From Aduncisulcus paluster (Eukaryota), in NCBI GenBank assembly GCA_024181965.1, contig BQXS01012484.1:1-36226 (forward strand): a stretch of 36,226 nucleotides of DNA, read 5' to 3'. The translations under genes and the position numbers were made by a program. This document shows, in pieces, positions 18,668 to 30,331 of this stretch (positions are counted from its first letter, which is position 1; each line of letters begins with the position of its first letter). Under the pieces are notes generated by a model that saw only the letters and a list, made by a program, of their open reading frames with translations, had not been told where the DNA came from and did no database searches.

Positions 18668-21600
18668 ATGGAAAAAAATCCAAGGGAAAAGGCTGGGTTT
18701 TTATCCAAATTATTCTTTTTATATATCAGTCCAATCATTGGACTTTCCAAAAGAAGACCCATTGAGTTTTCAGATGTTCATCCTACTGATTCCCTCCTTA
18801 ATCACGACAAAATGTCCAAAAAATTTGCATCAGTCTGGAGTCGTGAATGTAAAAAAACTAATAAGAAGCCATCCCTTGTTAAAGCCATTCTTTTTACCGT
18901 GTGGAATTCTCCATGTTTCATTCTCTCCTTTATTGGAAAATTAATTCAATCTGTTCTCCAATTTTTCCCTTCAATGGTTCTTAAACGTTTTACAAACCTA
19001 TTAAATGAGATATTTGATGGTCATCAAGCTCTTGAGACTTCTGAATCCCTTTCTTTCCTTGATCTTTTTAGAATTATAGTTTCCACACCTTCTCTTCGCG
19101 TTTTATACCTCCAAGCGTTGTTTCTCGCTCTTTCTATATTTATTGTTCCGCTTATACGACTTTTGGCCATACAGCAATACTATTTCTTTTCTTCCACTAT
19201 GAGTCGTGCTCTTAATACGATGCTAAGGACTCAAATGTACCAAAAAGTTATGAATCTGGATGAAGTTTCACGTCAGAAATGCAATAATGGTAGTATTCTC
19301 AATCTGGTTCTCGGTGATGTTAGGTCTGTCAGCAGCTTTGTAAACAATATCCATCAACAATGGAGTCAGATATTCCAGCTTATCTTGGGTATTTCGTTGA
19401 TAGCGAGTAATGTTGGATCCATATCGTTCTTTGGGGTGGCCATATTGGCCGTGTTAATCCCTTTTCAAAAATACCTTGCCAAATGTGCATCAAAACGCAG
19501 AGCTAAACGTGGGTCTTTGATTAGAGCTCGTGTTAAGTTAGTTAATGAGATTATTAATGGCATTCGAATTATAAAATCGAGTGCTTATGAACCATTTTTC
19601 GTTAAGAAGGTGAAAAAAGAGCGTAAAGACATACTTAAGCGGTTATTTTCGATTAGAATCCTTAATCAATCGCAGAAATTGATTGTTGAACTCATTCCAA
19701 TGTTACTCAGCTTCACTATTTTTGTCACACAATCACTAAAGATGAATAAGATTAAGGATTCATGTGAGTTGGAATTTGGAACCAATAACGATGAATTTGA
19801 TGAATGTTTTTCTTCTTATGCGAATATTTTCTCAATATCTAATTTTATAAGCACCATATCTCTTTTTAATTCCCTCTGGTATCCTTTGCAAGCCATCCCT
19901 AAAATGCTTGACCAATATGGTGATGTCCAAGAAGCTGAAGGAAGAATCATGACATTTATGGCTCTTAAAGAAAAGAACAAACAGGAAAAACAACATGTTC
20001 ACAATATACCGCACGGTGGAGAGAATACAAAGGTCGTCATTGGTACTACCACTGTTTCAACTCATGAATCTAAAAATAGAAGTGATCTTGAGAAAGAAGA
20101 AATTGAGATATCACAAGGAGTTGATGCCTCTTGGGATGTTGTTGATGAATCTGTATTCACAAAGCTAAAGAGGAAATCGAGGGAAGAAAGGAAGAAGGAG
20201 AAGAAAGAGAAGAGGAGGAAAGAGAGAGAGAGGAAGAAGGAAGAGAGAGCGAAGAGACGGGAAGTTTTGTGAAAAAGAATAATAACTAAACGNNNNNNNN
20301 NNNNNNNNNNNNGAAGAATCATGACATTTATGGCTCTTAAAGAAAAGAACAAACAGGAAAAACAACATGTTCACAATATACCGCACGGTGGAGAGAATAC
20401 AAAGGTCGTCATTGGTACTACCACTGTTTCAACTCATGAATCTAAAAATAGAAGTGATCTTGAGAAAGAAGAAATTGAGATATCACAAGGAGTTGATGCC
20501 TCTTGGGATGTTGTTGATGAATCTGTATTCACAAAGCTAAAGAGGAAATCGAGGGAAGAAAGGAAGAAGGAGAAGAAAGAGAAGAGGAGGAAAGAGAGAG
20601 AGGAAGAAGGAAGAGAGAGCGAAGAGACGGGAAGCAAAGAAAATGGGGAGTATTTCTAGCTCTGCCAATTCTGCCAATGATAGCTCTCCTAATGGTTGTG
20701 AGTTAAAGAAGCCGGTAGAATCAGATCCCAAAGTCTTTTGTAAGAAGGAAAAGAAGAAAGTCTCTCGTCCTATTCTTCAATCTATAAATATGACATTGAG
20801 AAACAGTGAGAATGTCTGTGTTCTTGGTGCTGTGGGGAGTGGAAAGAGTAGTTTGATTAATTTGATTCTTGGAGAAATGACCATAAAACCGAGTAGAGTC
20901 TCTGAAGAAATTGCTCCATCCATATCTAAGGCTCTTGTTACTCTAAACGGATCTGTGGCTATCAGTACTCAACGGTCGTATGTTCTCAATGCCACTTTGC
21001 GGGATAATATCCTATTTGGTGCCCCATATGATCATGAACGTTATCTTCATACTCTGGTTGCGTGTTGTCTCGTGTCAGATCTTGTCCAGCTTAAGAATGG
21101 AGATATGACAGAAATAGGAGAAAAGGGAATGACTCTGAGTGGGGGTCAGAAAGCCAGGGTTTGTCTTGCAAGGGCTGTCTATAGCGGTGCTGATATCCTC
21201 CTTCTCGATGATCCCTTGAGTGCTGTCGATGCTCACGTTGCGCGTAGACTCATGAAACGTCTCATAGCCAGACGTAGAGTAGATTCTGACACCCTTGAAG
21301 AGGACTTTATCGACGGTGAAGACACTCCTGGTCTCCCTCCTTCTCTTATTCCTTCCACTTCCATTGTTGTGATGCCCACTCACCAGTACCAGTTTGTTGA
21401 CATGTTCGACTCTGTTGTCATTCTTCGTGATGGTCAATGTGTGTTCCATGGGAGTGTCGGTGATGTGAGAACTCTCTGTGAATCTTCTTGTTCCTCGAGT
21501 GGTGACGCTGAAGAGGAAGAATGTTGTCAGGGGGAAGATGATCGTATCGATTATATTCAATCGTGTCTTGGAATAGGACTCGAAGAAGAGGTTTGTGTTG

Positions 21601-24600
21601 ACCAGCCTGGTTTACGAGAGGAAGAGGAAGAGGAAGAGGAAGAGGAAGAGGAAGAGCAGTCGATGTCTTCAAAGGTTATTGAAGCGCGCCATTCTCCAAT
21701 GTCTATATCAGTCATTTCAATGACAGATGATGACGAGACAACAATTGAGTCTGAGCAAGACTCTCGTGGGGATGTGATAAAGTCAGGCAAAGCATTGAGA
21801 CGTGATATGAAAGCTACATCGCCTCTTCATGCGTCACAGGGTGATCTGTGTCCTCCATCGTCCTCTGCTTCCTCCTTGTCATCCAGCTCTAGTCGTCTAT
21901 GTCTCCACACTGCTGACATTGCCAACTATTGGAGTGAATATGATCGTCTCAAGGATCTCCTCTTCCCTCAAAAAGGAGATCATCTCAAATCTGAGTCCAT
22001 TGAAGAGTCTGAGGATTCTTTTGATGTGGAGGAAATTAGACCTTCAAAGACAAACATTACTAAGAACAAACTTATATCTGACAAGATACAAGAAAAAGAA
22101 GAAGAAGAAGAAGAAGAAGAAGAGGAAGAGGAAGAGCAGTCGATGTCTTCAAAGGTTATTGAAGCGCGCCATTCTCCAATGTCTATATCAGTCATTTCAA
22201 TGACAGATGATGACGAGACAACAATTGAGTCTGAGCAAGACTCTCGTGGGGATGTGATAAAGTCAGGCAAAGCATTGAGACGTGATATGAAAGCTACATC
22301 GCCTCTTCATGCGTCACAGGGTGATCTGTGTCCTCCATCGTCCTCTGCTTCCTCCTTGTCATCCAGCTCTAGTCGTCTATGTCTCCACACTGCTGACATT
22401 GCCAACTATTGGAGTGAATATGATCGTCTCAAGGATCTCCTCTTCCCTCAAAAAGGAGATCATCTCAAATCTGAGTCCATTGAAGAGTCTGAGGATTCTT
22501 TTGATGTGGAGGAAATTAGACCTTCAAAGACAAACATTACTAAGAACAAACTTATATCTGACAAGATACAAGAAAAAGAAGAAGAAGAAGAAGAAGAAGA
22601 AGAGGAAAGAGGAGAAACTCGGATTCAATGTCATAAAGTGGATTGAAGCGCGCCATTCTCCAATGTCTATATCAGTCATTTCAATGACAGATGATGACGA
22701 GACAACAATTGAGTCTGAGCAAGACTCTCGTGGGGATGTGATAAAGTCAGGCAAAGCATTGAGACGTGATATGAAAGCTACATCGCCTCTTCATGCGTCA
22801 CAGGGTGATCTGTGTCCTCCATCGTCCTCTGCTTCCTCCTTGTCATCCAGCTCTAGTCGTCTATGTCTCCACACTGCTGACATTGCCAACTATTGGAGTG
22901 AATATGATCGTCTCAAGGATCTCCTCTTCCCTCAAAAAGGAGATCATCTCAAATCTGAGTCCATTGAAGAGTCTGAGGATTCTTTTGATGTGGAGGAAAT
23001 TAGACCTTCAAAGACAAACATTACTAAGAACAAACTTATATCTGACAAGATACAAGAAAAAGAAGAAGAAGAAGAGGAAGAGCAGTCGATGTCTTCAAAG
23101 GTTATTGAAGCGCGCCATTCTCCAATGTCTATATCAGTCATTTCAATGACAGATGATGACGAGACAACAATTGAGTCTGAGCAAGACTCTCGTGGGGATG
23201 TGATAAAGTCAGGCAAAGCATTGAGACGTGATATGAAAGCTACATCGCCTCTTCATGCGTCACAGGGTGATCTGTGTCCTCCATCGTCCTCTGCTTCCTC
23301 CTTGTCATCCAGCTCTAGTCGTCTATGTCTCCACACTGCTGACATTGCCAACTATTGGAGTGAATATGATCGTCTCAAGGATCTCCTCTTCCCTCAAAAA
23401 GGAGATCATCTCAAATCTGAGTCCATTGAAGAGTCTGAGGATTCTTTTGATGTGGAGGAAATTAGACCTTCAAAGACAAACATTACTAAGAACAAACTTA
23501 TATCTGACAAGATACAAGAAAAAGAAGAAGAAGAAGAGGAAGAGGAAGAGGAAGAGGAAGAGCAGTCGATGTCTTCAAAGGTTATTGAAGCGCGCCATTC
23601 TCCAATGTCTATATCAGTCATTTCAATGACAGATGATGACGAGACAACAATTGAGTCTGAGCAAGACTCTCGTGGGGATGTGATAAAGTCAGGCAAAGCA
23701 TTGAGACGTGATATGAAAGCTACATCGCCTCTTCATGCGTCACAGGGTGATCTGTGTCCTCCATCGTCCTCTGCTTCCTCCTTGTCATCCAGCTCTAGTC
23801 GTCTATGTCTCCACACTGCTGACATTGCCAACTATTGGAGTGAATATGATCGTCTCAAGGATCTCCTCTTCCCTCAAAAAGGAGATCATCTCAAATCTGA
23901 GTCCATTGAAGAGTCTGAGGATTCTTTTGATGTGGAGGAAATTAGACCTTCAAAGACAAACATTACTAAGAACAAACTTATATCTGACAAGATACAAGAA
24001 AGAAGAAGAAGAAGAAGAAGAAGAAGAGGAAAGAGGAGAAACTCGGATTCAATGTCATAAAGTGGATTGTAATTCGTATTTCAATTCTGTTATCCCCACT
24101 TCAATTCACATGGCTGAGCCTCCAAAGACTTCTTTCATACAGTCTTGTATGATATATATCCGTGCTACGTCACCTATTCTCTCCTGTTTTGTCATATTTG
24201 TCTATTTCCTCGTTCGTTGGATTGCTAATCGTCAAGATAAGTCGATCTCGAAGCTCAGTAAGTTCTTTTCTAAGAAATCCTCAATTATGGAAACAGATGC
24301 TGATTCTCTCTCTTCCCTCATCAAAGATTATGCTTTCAGTTGTGTCCTTTTTGTTGTGGCAACTCTGATTCGTGTCATTTCCATGGCATGTTGGAGCTAT
24401 CTCTCTGCTAAAACGTTACATGAACGTTTGTTTAACGGTGTGATTCATGCAAAACAATCATATTTCGATACAACTCCAATTGGGAAGATTTTGGGACTCT
24501 TTACAAAGGACGTGAGTGTGGTTGACATGCATATCCAACATAACATAAGTTCTTTCCTTAATGCTCTCTCAAAGGTTGTTAACATTCTATTTATAGTTCT

Positions 24601-26380
24601 GAGTGCTTTCTCATCCCCTATTTTTGGCGCTTTCCTTATTCCGGTCATGTTTGTCTATTTAAAAACATACTCAGACTATAATAAGACACATGGACAACTC
24701 AGGGTATTAGAACAAAATACTGCCACGCCTGTATCTTCCCTACTTGGGGAGACTCTTGGAGGACTGACTGTGATTCGAGCGTTTGATGCTGGAGGTCGAT
24801 TCTGCAATGCTTATTCACATCGTCTAGCCATGCAAAACAGGTGTGCAACAATGGTTGGTGTTCTCAAACGATGGTCGAGTACTCGCCTTCAAGGTCTAGG
24901 AACATTCATTCATTTCTTGGTGGCTATATTCCTCTTGTATAATGCACACACGGCCCTGGTGCAGAATGCTGCCCGATTGATGTCATATACTTTTAGCTTG
25001 AGTGGTAGTTTTAATTGGGTTATCAGACAGATGGGTGAACTTGAATTGCAGCTCCAGAGTGTTGTACGAATTGAGGAGGTTGCTCATTGTGAGAAAGATG
25101 GAGAATGGAGGAAAAAGGGTGAGACGATCAAATCAAAACGTATTTCCAAAGATGCTAAAGATTCCAAAGATGATATTCTGATTCCTGTTCAATGGCAGAA
25201 AAAGAAAGGTTTTTTCACTGGTGATTCTATCACTGTTTCATCTTGTTCTAACTGTGAAGAGAAAGATTCTTCTCCCTCATCTTCTCTTACTCTCTCTTCT
25301 CTTCAATGGCCTTCTGCAGCTCCTTCTGTTGTTTTCAATGATGTTTTCATGAGATATGGACCCTCACTTCCACTTGTTCTTCATGGAGTTAATGTGAGCA
25401 TCGAGGGAGGAGAGAAGGTCGGCATAGTTGGGCGTAGTGGAAGTGGGAAGTCATCTCTTGTGGCCACACTCCTTAGACTCGTCGACATCGAATCAAAACC
25501 CTCGGGTAGTTTGACAATCGATGGTGTATCTGTTCATGAGGTTGGATTACATACGCTTCGAGGAAATATAGCCTACATTCCACAAGATCCTGTCCTTTTC
25601 GCGGGAAAGCTTCGTCGTTCTCTTGCTCCAACAACTACCGTAAGTGAGAAAAAAATGCTTGACGTGTTATGTGATTGTGGATTACTTCATGCTTTTGCAA
25701 ATGGGATGATTAAGGAAACGACATCAAGATATAAATCAGGTTATAAAGGAAAGAATACAACTAAGGATGGGTTCGAAAGTGATAATCCTATTTGTAAGTG
25801 GACAGGGTTACCTGTTAAAAGACTTTCAAAGGAGGAAGCTAATGAATTTATTGAGAAATATTCTAAAAATAGACAGATGGAAAGAGATGGAACAGTTTGT
25901 GAACAAGGAGATGAAGAAGTTGAGATTATAGATATTGATATGGAAGATGACTCCCTCTCTTCTCTCTCATGTCGGGAATATGAGTTTGTGTCTCGTATTC
26001 TTGACTTTAAGCTCACAGATGGCGGCGACAATCTTTCTGTTGGACAGCGTCAGCTTGTGTGTCTTTGTCGAGCCTTGCTCAGATCTTCTTCTTTACTCGT
26101 AATGGATGAGGCGACGAGTTCAATCGATAGGGCGAGTGATGTCGCCTTGCAACGGTGTATCCATGAACGTTACGAGAAGGGAACAGTGATAACAATCGCC
26201 CATCGATTGGACACTGTTATGGATTATGATAAGATTCTCGTTATGGATGCCGGAAAAGTAGGTGAATATGGCACACCGGCTGAATTACTCGAACAAGATG
26301 GACTATTGAGTGCTCTTGTCCGTGAAACTGGGGAAGAAAGCGAGATGAAACTGAGAGAAATCGCTTTCAAAACCACTTGA
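18668..26380 (+). CDS. ABCC/MRP-family full transporter (TMD1-NBD1-acidic linker-TMD2-NBD2, no TMD0). One gene of about 1810 aa once gap duplication and extra repeats are collapsed
   Basis: Lasso-like NPREKAGFLSKLFFLYISPII. NBD1 GAVGSGKS, LSGGQ, ILLLDD, PTHQ. TMD2 YFDTTPIGKI. NBD2 GRSGSGKS, IPQDP, LSVGQRQ, LLVMDE, IAHRL. The pieces join in frame: ...KRRE+AKK+MGSISS... and ...RIQCHKVD+CNSYF... Confidence 0.9.
20293..20312. other. Assembly gap (20 N) with duplicated flanks
   Basis: 20313-20634 repeats 19941-20264 except for one missing AG unit in a purine microsatellite. Confidence 0.97.
21617..24030 (+). repeat. Five tandem copies of a ~480-bp unit (160 aa) bounded by (GAA/GAG)n poly-Glu tracts within the ABCC linker
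   Basis: Unit start cagtcgatgtcttc at 21657, 22137, 23083 and 23563; the third copy is entered at about 22642 via attgaagcgcgcc. Copies look identical apart from the tracts and junctions. Confidence 0.95.
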
Positions 26381-27719
26381 ATCACGAAGAAGGGGTTCTT
26401 ATAAGTGATGAAAATGGGGTTGTTGGAGAAGAGGAAGAGTAGGGATGAGATGATTAGTGATATATGATATATGACATATCCAATTATTTTTATTCCCTGA
26501 TCTTTCTTTCTGCAATCTCTCATTTCACATTCAATAAAATGGTTCATATTTTTCCTATTCGTATTTGAACTGCTTATATCCCTCTCCAAAAAAATGCTTA
26601 ATCTGAGCATTTCCTTCTTGTATCCTAAAATAACCATGATTTGGAAACAATTTCATTGCAGTAAATGCATAAAAGAATAAAATTCTCTCATTTTAAGGTT
26701 AGTATCGAGTGTTTACTTGAAAATATAACCATTTTGAAAATCCATGTTCTATTTTTAGATTTTCTATTTTTAGAAATGATCTTTTCAAAACTTCATAATG
26801 CATCGTTATATGTGTAGAAACTGTATTAAATCGATGGGAATTCAATGGGAATGTTGCGAATAGATTTTCTGACTTCTCTTTTCACGAGATAACACGATCA
26901 TTGCAAGAAATTCACATAACTTCGCATTTGTTTACATCGTGGATTATAAGCTGACAAAATATGTTGACAAATTGCAGTTGAAATCTATGAATATTGTGAA
27001 TATATCATTGACTTCTTGTCAGAGAAGCTATTCTTCTGGTTTTCTTCCATTTGCTTCTCGAATCGTTCTCACTCTTCTCTGCTATCTGCTCGATTGATAA
27101 AAACTAATTCAGTTCATTATTTGTTTGTTTTATTTTGCTTTTCAATTCCTTCAATCTCCAATGAAGATTCTAATAGCCTCAGTTTTATTTTGAGTGAAGA
27201 TCTAGAGAATTAATCAATTATCAGGTGTGACCATCCAATAAAAAGGATAACAAAACAAAAAATATAAAAATCAGTCGAAATGTGAGGAATTGCAAAGGAA
27301 TATGATATTGTTAGAAAATCATTTCTGAAAGAAAAAGACAGAGTATATTTGAAAAGAAAGAAAATTCTTTCTCATCTCGTCCAAAAATAGTTATGACTCC
27401 CTCCCACGTGAAGAATCATCATAACAACAAACAAAACCAGAGCAAAATCTTACAATTCCCAATGAAAAGAAAACGATAACAAGAAGAACAAACCAACAAA
27501 AAAAAAAAAAAAAAATTACCGAATGATTGAAAAAATCAACTCTAGGATGGCAATTCAATTATAATTGTTTGAATGTAGTATATATATGAAATAATATAAA
27601 TAAAAATATATCATCAATCATCCGAAATCTCATTCCTTTTTACCTCGAAGAGATTGAACAAAATGCTGTACTGTGCCGATCAATACTCAGATCAACACAA
27701 AAAAGAGCACAAATATACC

Positions 27720-29783
27720 TCAAAATACATCATCAGCATCGACTCTCACTCCAACAGTACTCTGAATCTCCACTTCCTTATCGTGTGAAATATCCTTCAT
27801 GCTTTTCAATTCATCTTTTCCTTTCCCATCACCTTGTGTCACAAGAACACGCATGGAACTCATGGCCCTTGAACGAGTCCTGCCTCTTATCTCTTGGAGC
27901 CCACCAAGACCCCCAAATCCAGGCACACCGTCGTGTTTAGCCTTCTCACAAGCGGCACGATCGATCCCTTGTTCAGAAAATCCCCTTCGACCACGTTCCC
28001 TCGGAAGTACACCGATTTTCCAGATAACAATGACACACAGCACGGGGAATACGGCAGCCGTCACGTAAGTCCACTGAGCACCGGCGAGATAGGCGTCTTG
28101 GTATCCAGGATCAGTCTTGGCACCATCAAAGAGCAAATTGACATAGAACTTGTGGATGAATGCAGACAAGGCGACTCCGAAAGAATTTCCAAAGGCAGTG
28201 GTTACTTGGATAAGAGCCGAGGCTACACCGACGAAATGAGTTGGTGTTGATGAGATAATGAACGTCTGGGCTGGAACATTGTACAATCCAACGCCAGCAT
28301 ACTCCAGAATCATTCCAACCAGCATGACTCCAGTGTTCTCAAGGTAGATACCGAGAGCAATGAGAAGAAGACTGACAGACAGGGTAATGAGACCTGCGGC
28401 ACAACACACACGGGTAACGACCTTCTTGGTAAGTTGGGAGGCAGTGATGGAGGCAATCATCATCGCAAAAGGAGTCGGCATCATGAACTTCCCAAGTTTC
28501 TCAGTGTCATAATTATAGTATTTTGGCATGAGAAGAACGTAAGACATCAGATATCCAGCAATGTAAAGAGAAGAATAAGTAATAACGGAACAAATGATTG
28601 GGAAGACAATGAAACGTGAGTTAAAGATCTTCAACGGTAACAATGGATCCGGGGCTCTTTTCTCGACCTGAATGAAGACGAAAACGGCTACAATATCGAT
28701 TCCAATGAAGACAAAGAACAACCAAGATGGTAAGGAATCCATGGACACACTGGAAAAGGCTAACACAAGACAAGAGATAATAACGGCCATGAGACCAACC
28801 CCAGGAATATCGAAGGGCTTTCTCTGCTCTTTCTTTACAACTGGAGCTCTTTGAGGCTTCACATTCTCGACAGGAGCATCATCAAGATCATCCCAACCCC
28901 CTTTCTTGGGCATAGAATCAGATTGACCAGCTTCTTGGGGAGCATCAGCAGAGGTTGGGGCTTCTACCTTGACGATACCTCCTTTCTTGATCCTTTCAAG
29001 CTCTATCCTATCATTTTCACTCCTCTGTTTCTCCTTTAATTCCCTCTTTTTCTTAGCTCCCATGTGATCACGCAAAAAGGTACGCACTGACATGTAAGCA
29101 ATACTGGCACACACTGGTCCGATAATAAAGCATGTAGAATAGGATTTTGTGGCCATACGTCCTCCCAAAAGCGGTGCTATTTCCTTGGCTGCCGCGAAAC
29201 AGATACTATTGAGAGCTAGAGCAATGGGAAGCTTTCCCTTGACAACCTTCCTGCCCATGATGGCGGCAGGACAGGCAGTGAGGAATGCAATCCCCACAGC
29301 AGCAATGGCTCTGGATACGAGCAACATAACAAATGACTGTGAAAGAAAAGAAATCAAGTCACCAACAATGAAAATTCGAAGACCAAGTTTCAACATAGTG
29401 CAGGGCCCAACGGCATCAACAAGCTTTCCACCCATCAGTAATAATGACGCCTGAACAATTGCAAAGAATTGGGCAACCCACTGAGTGGAGGCAGTATCTT
29501 TATCGAATTGTTCTGAGATAGTAGGGTTTACGAGGGTAACGAGCTGTAAATCCAATGGACATAACATAACAGCAAATCCTAATAATAGGACAAGAACGCC
29601 TGGCTTAAGATTTCTATCAACATAGAACACTCGGGAAGCATCCCCAATATTCTTGACTTTTGATTCAGAACGTTGAGATCTTACATTTGATTCATTGGAA
29701 GATTTCTGGATAATTTCAGTAGAATCCGCTGTTTTATCCGGAATCTGAGATGTCAACAATGTTGAATCAGTGATTTTGCTCAT
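27720..29783 (-). CDS. MFS transporter, DHA2 (EmrB/QacA-like, 14-TMS) drug:H+ antiporter family (687 aa)
   Basis: TM1 LDLQLVTLVNP (motif D1), GGKLVDAVG (motif A), RAIAAVG (motif B), IAPLLGG (motif C), FDIPG, and VEKRAPDPLLPLKIF. About 85-aa charged loop inserted after TM6. Confidence 0.88.
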   Translation of the reverse strand: MSKITDSTLLTSQIPDKTADSTEIIQKSSNESNVRSQRSESKVKNIGDASRVFYVDRNLKPGVLVLLLGFAVMLCPLDLQLVTLVNPTISEQFDKDTASTQWVAQFFAIVQASLLLMGGKLVDAVGPCTMLKLGLRIFIVGDLISFLSQSFVMLLVSRAIAAVGIAFLTACPAAIMGRKVVKGKLPIALALNSICFAAAKEIAPLLGGRMATKSYSTCFIIGPVCASIAYMSVRTFLRDHMGAKKKRELKEKQRSENDRIELERIKKGGIVKVEAPTSADAPQEAGQSDSMPKKGGWDDLDDAPVENVKPQRAPVVKKEQRKPFDIPGVGLMAVIISCLVLAFSSVSMDSLPSWLFFVFIGIDIVAVFVFIQVEKRAPDPLLPLKIFNSRFIVFPIICSVITYSSLYIAGYLMSYVLLMPKYYNYDTEKLGKFMMPTPFAMMIASITASQLTKKVVTRVCCAAGLITLSVSLLLIALGIYLENTGVMLVGMILEYAGVGLYNVPAQTFIISSTPTHFVGVASALIQVTTAFGNSFGVALSAFIHKFYVNLLFDGAKTDPGYQDAYLAGAQWTYVTAAVFPVLCVIVIWKIGVLPRERGRRGFSEQGIDRAACEKAKHDGVPGFGGLGGLQEIRGRTRSRAMSSMRVLVTQGDGKGKDELKSMKDISHDKEVEIQSTVGVRVDADDVF

Positions 29784-30331
29784 TTAAAAAATATTGAGAA
29801 ATTGAATATAATGAAACGAACAAAATAAAAAATCCACAAATATTAATCAATAATAATGAATATAAGGAAGTGGATGTTGAAAAGGACCTCCAAGTTCGAA
29901 GGAAAAATCAACACCAGACCTAATTATCATATTATGCACGTAATTGAAGGACGATTTGGATTAAATTTGTCCAAAAATAGACTAAAAACGGGTATTACTT
30001 TTTTTCTTCTTCTAAGTTGCCATCTTTGTCCTGGAGGACGAAAATCATCATATACAGACTTTTTGCAATAGTATATGTCAACAAATAATATGTAGACATT
30101 GAAAATGGAATAAAGATTCCTTTTACCCAAAATATTTTCTTAATTTCCTCTGAATTAACTACGAATCAGAATTTCGCTCAATTCTTCCTCCGTTTCATTC
30201 CTCAGGTAATTGAAATAAATAGTAGCTGATTTTAAAATACAAGTTTATAAACATATGATTTATGCTGATGATTATTGTATTCTTTGATTTTTTTGACGAA
30301 ATTGCGAGATTTCTTGTAATCTAATGCAGAT

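Noticed and set aside
21829..23629. Repeated MRHRVICV... poly-Lys ORFs and antisense poly-Ser ORFs
   Set aside because: Alternative frames of the 480-bp repeat and (GAA)n tracts.
18668..26380. Split ABC transporter or programmed frameshifting across several ORFs
   Set aside because: Every break coincides with the N-gap duplication, a microsatellite length difference or a repeat junction; collapsing them restores one frame.
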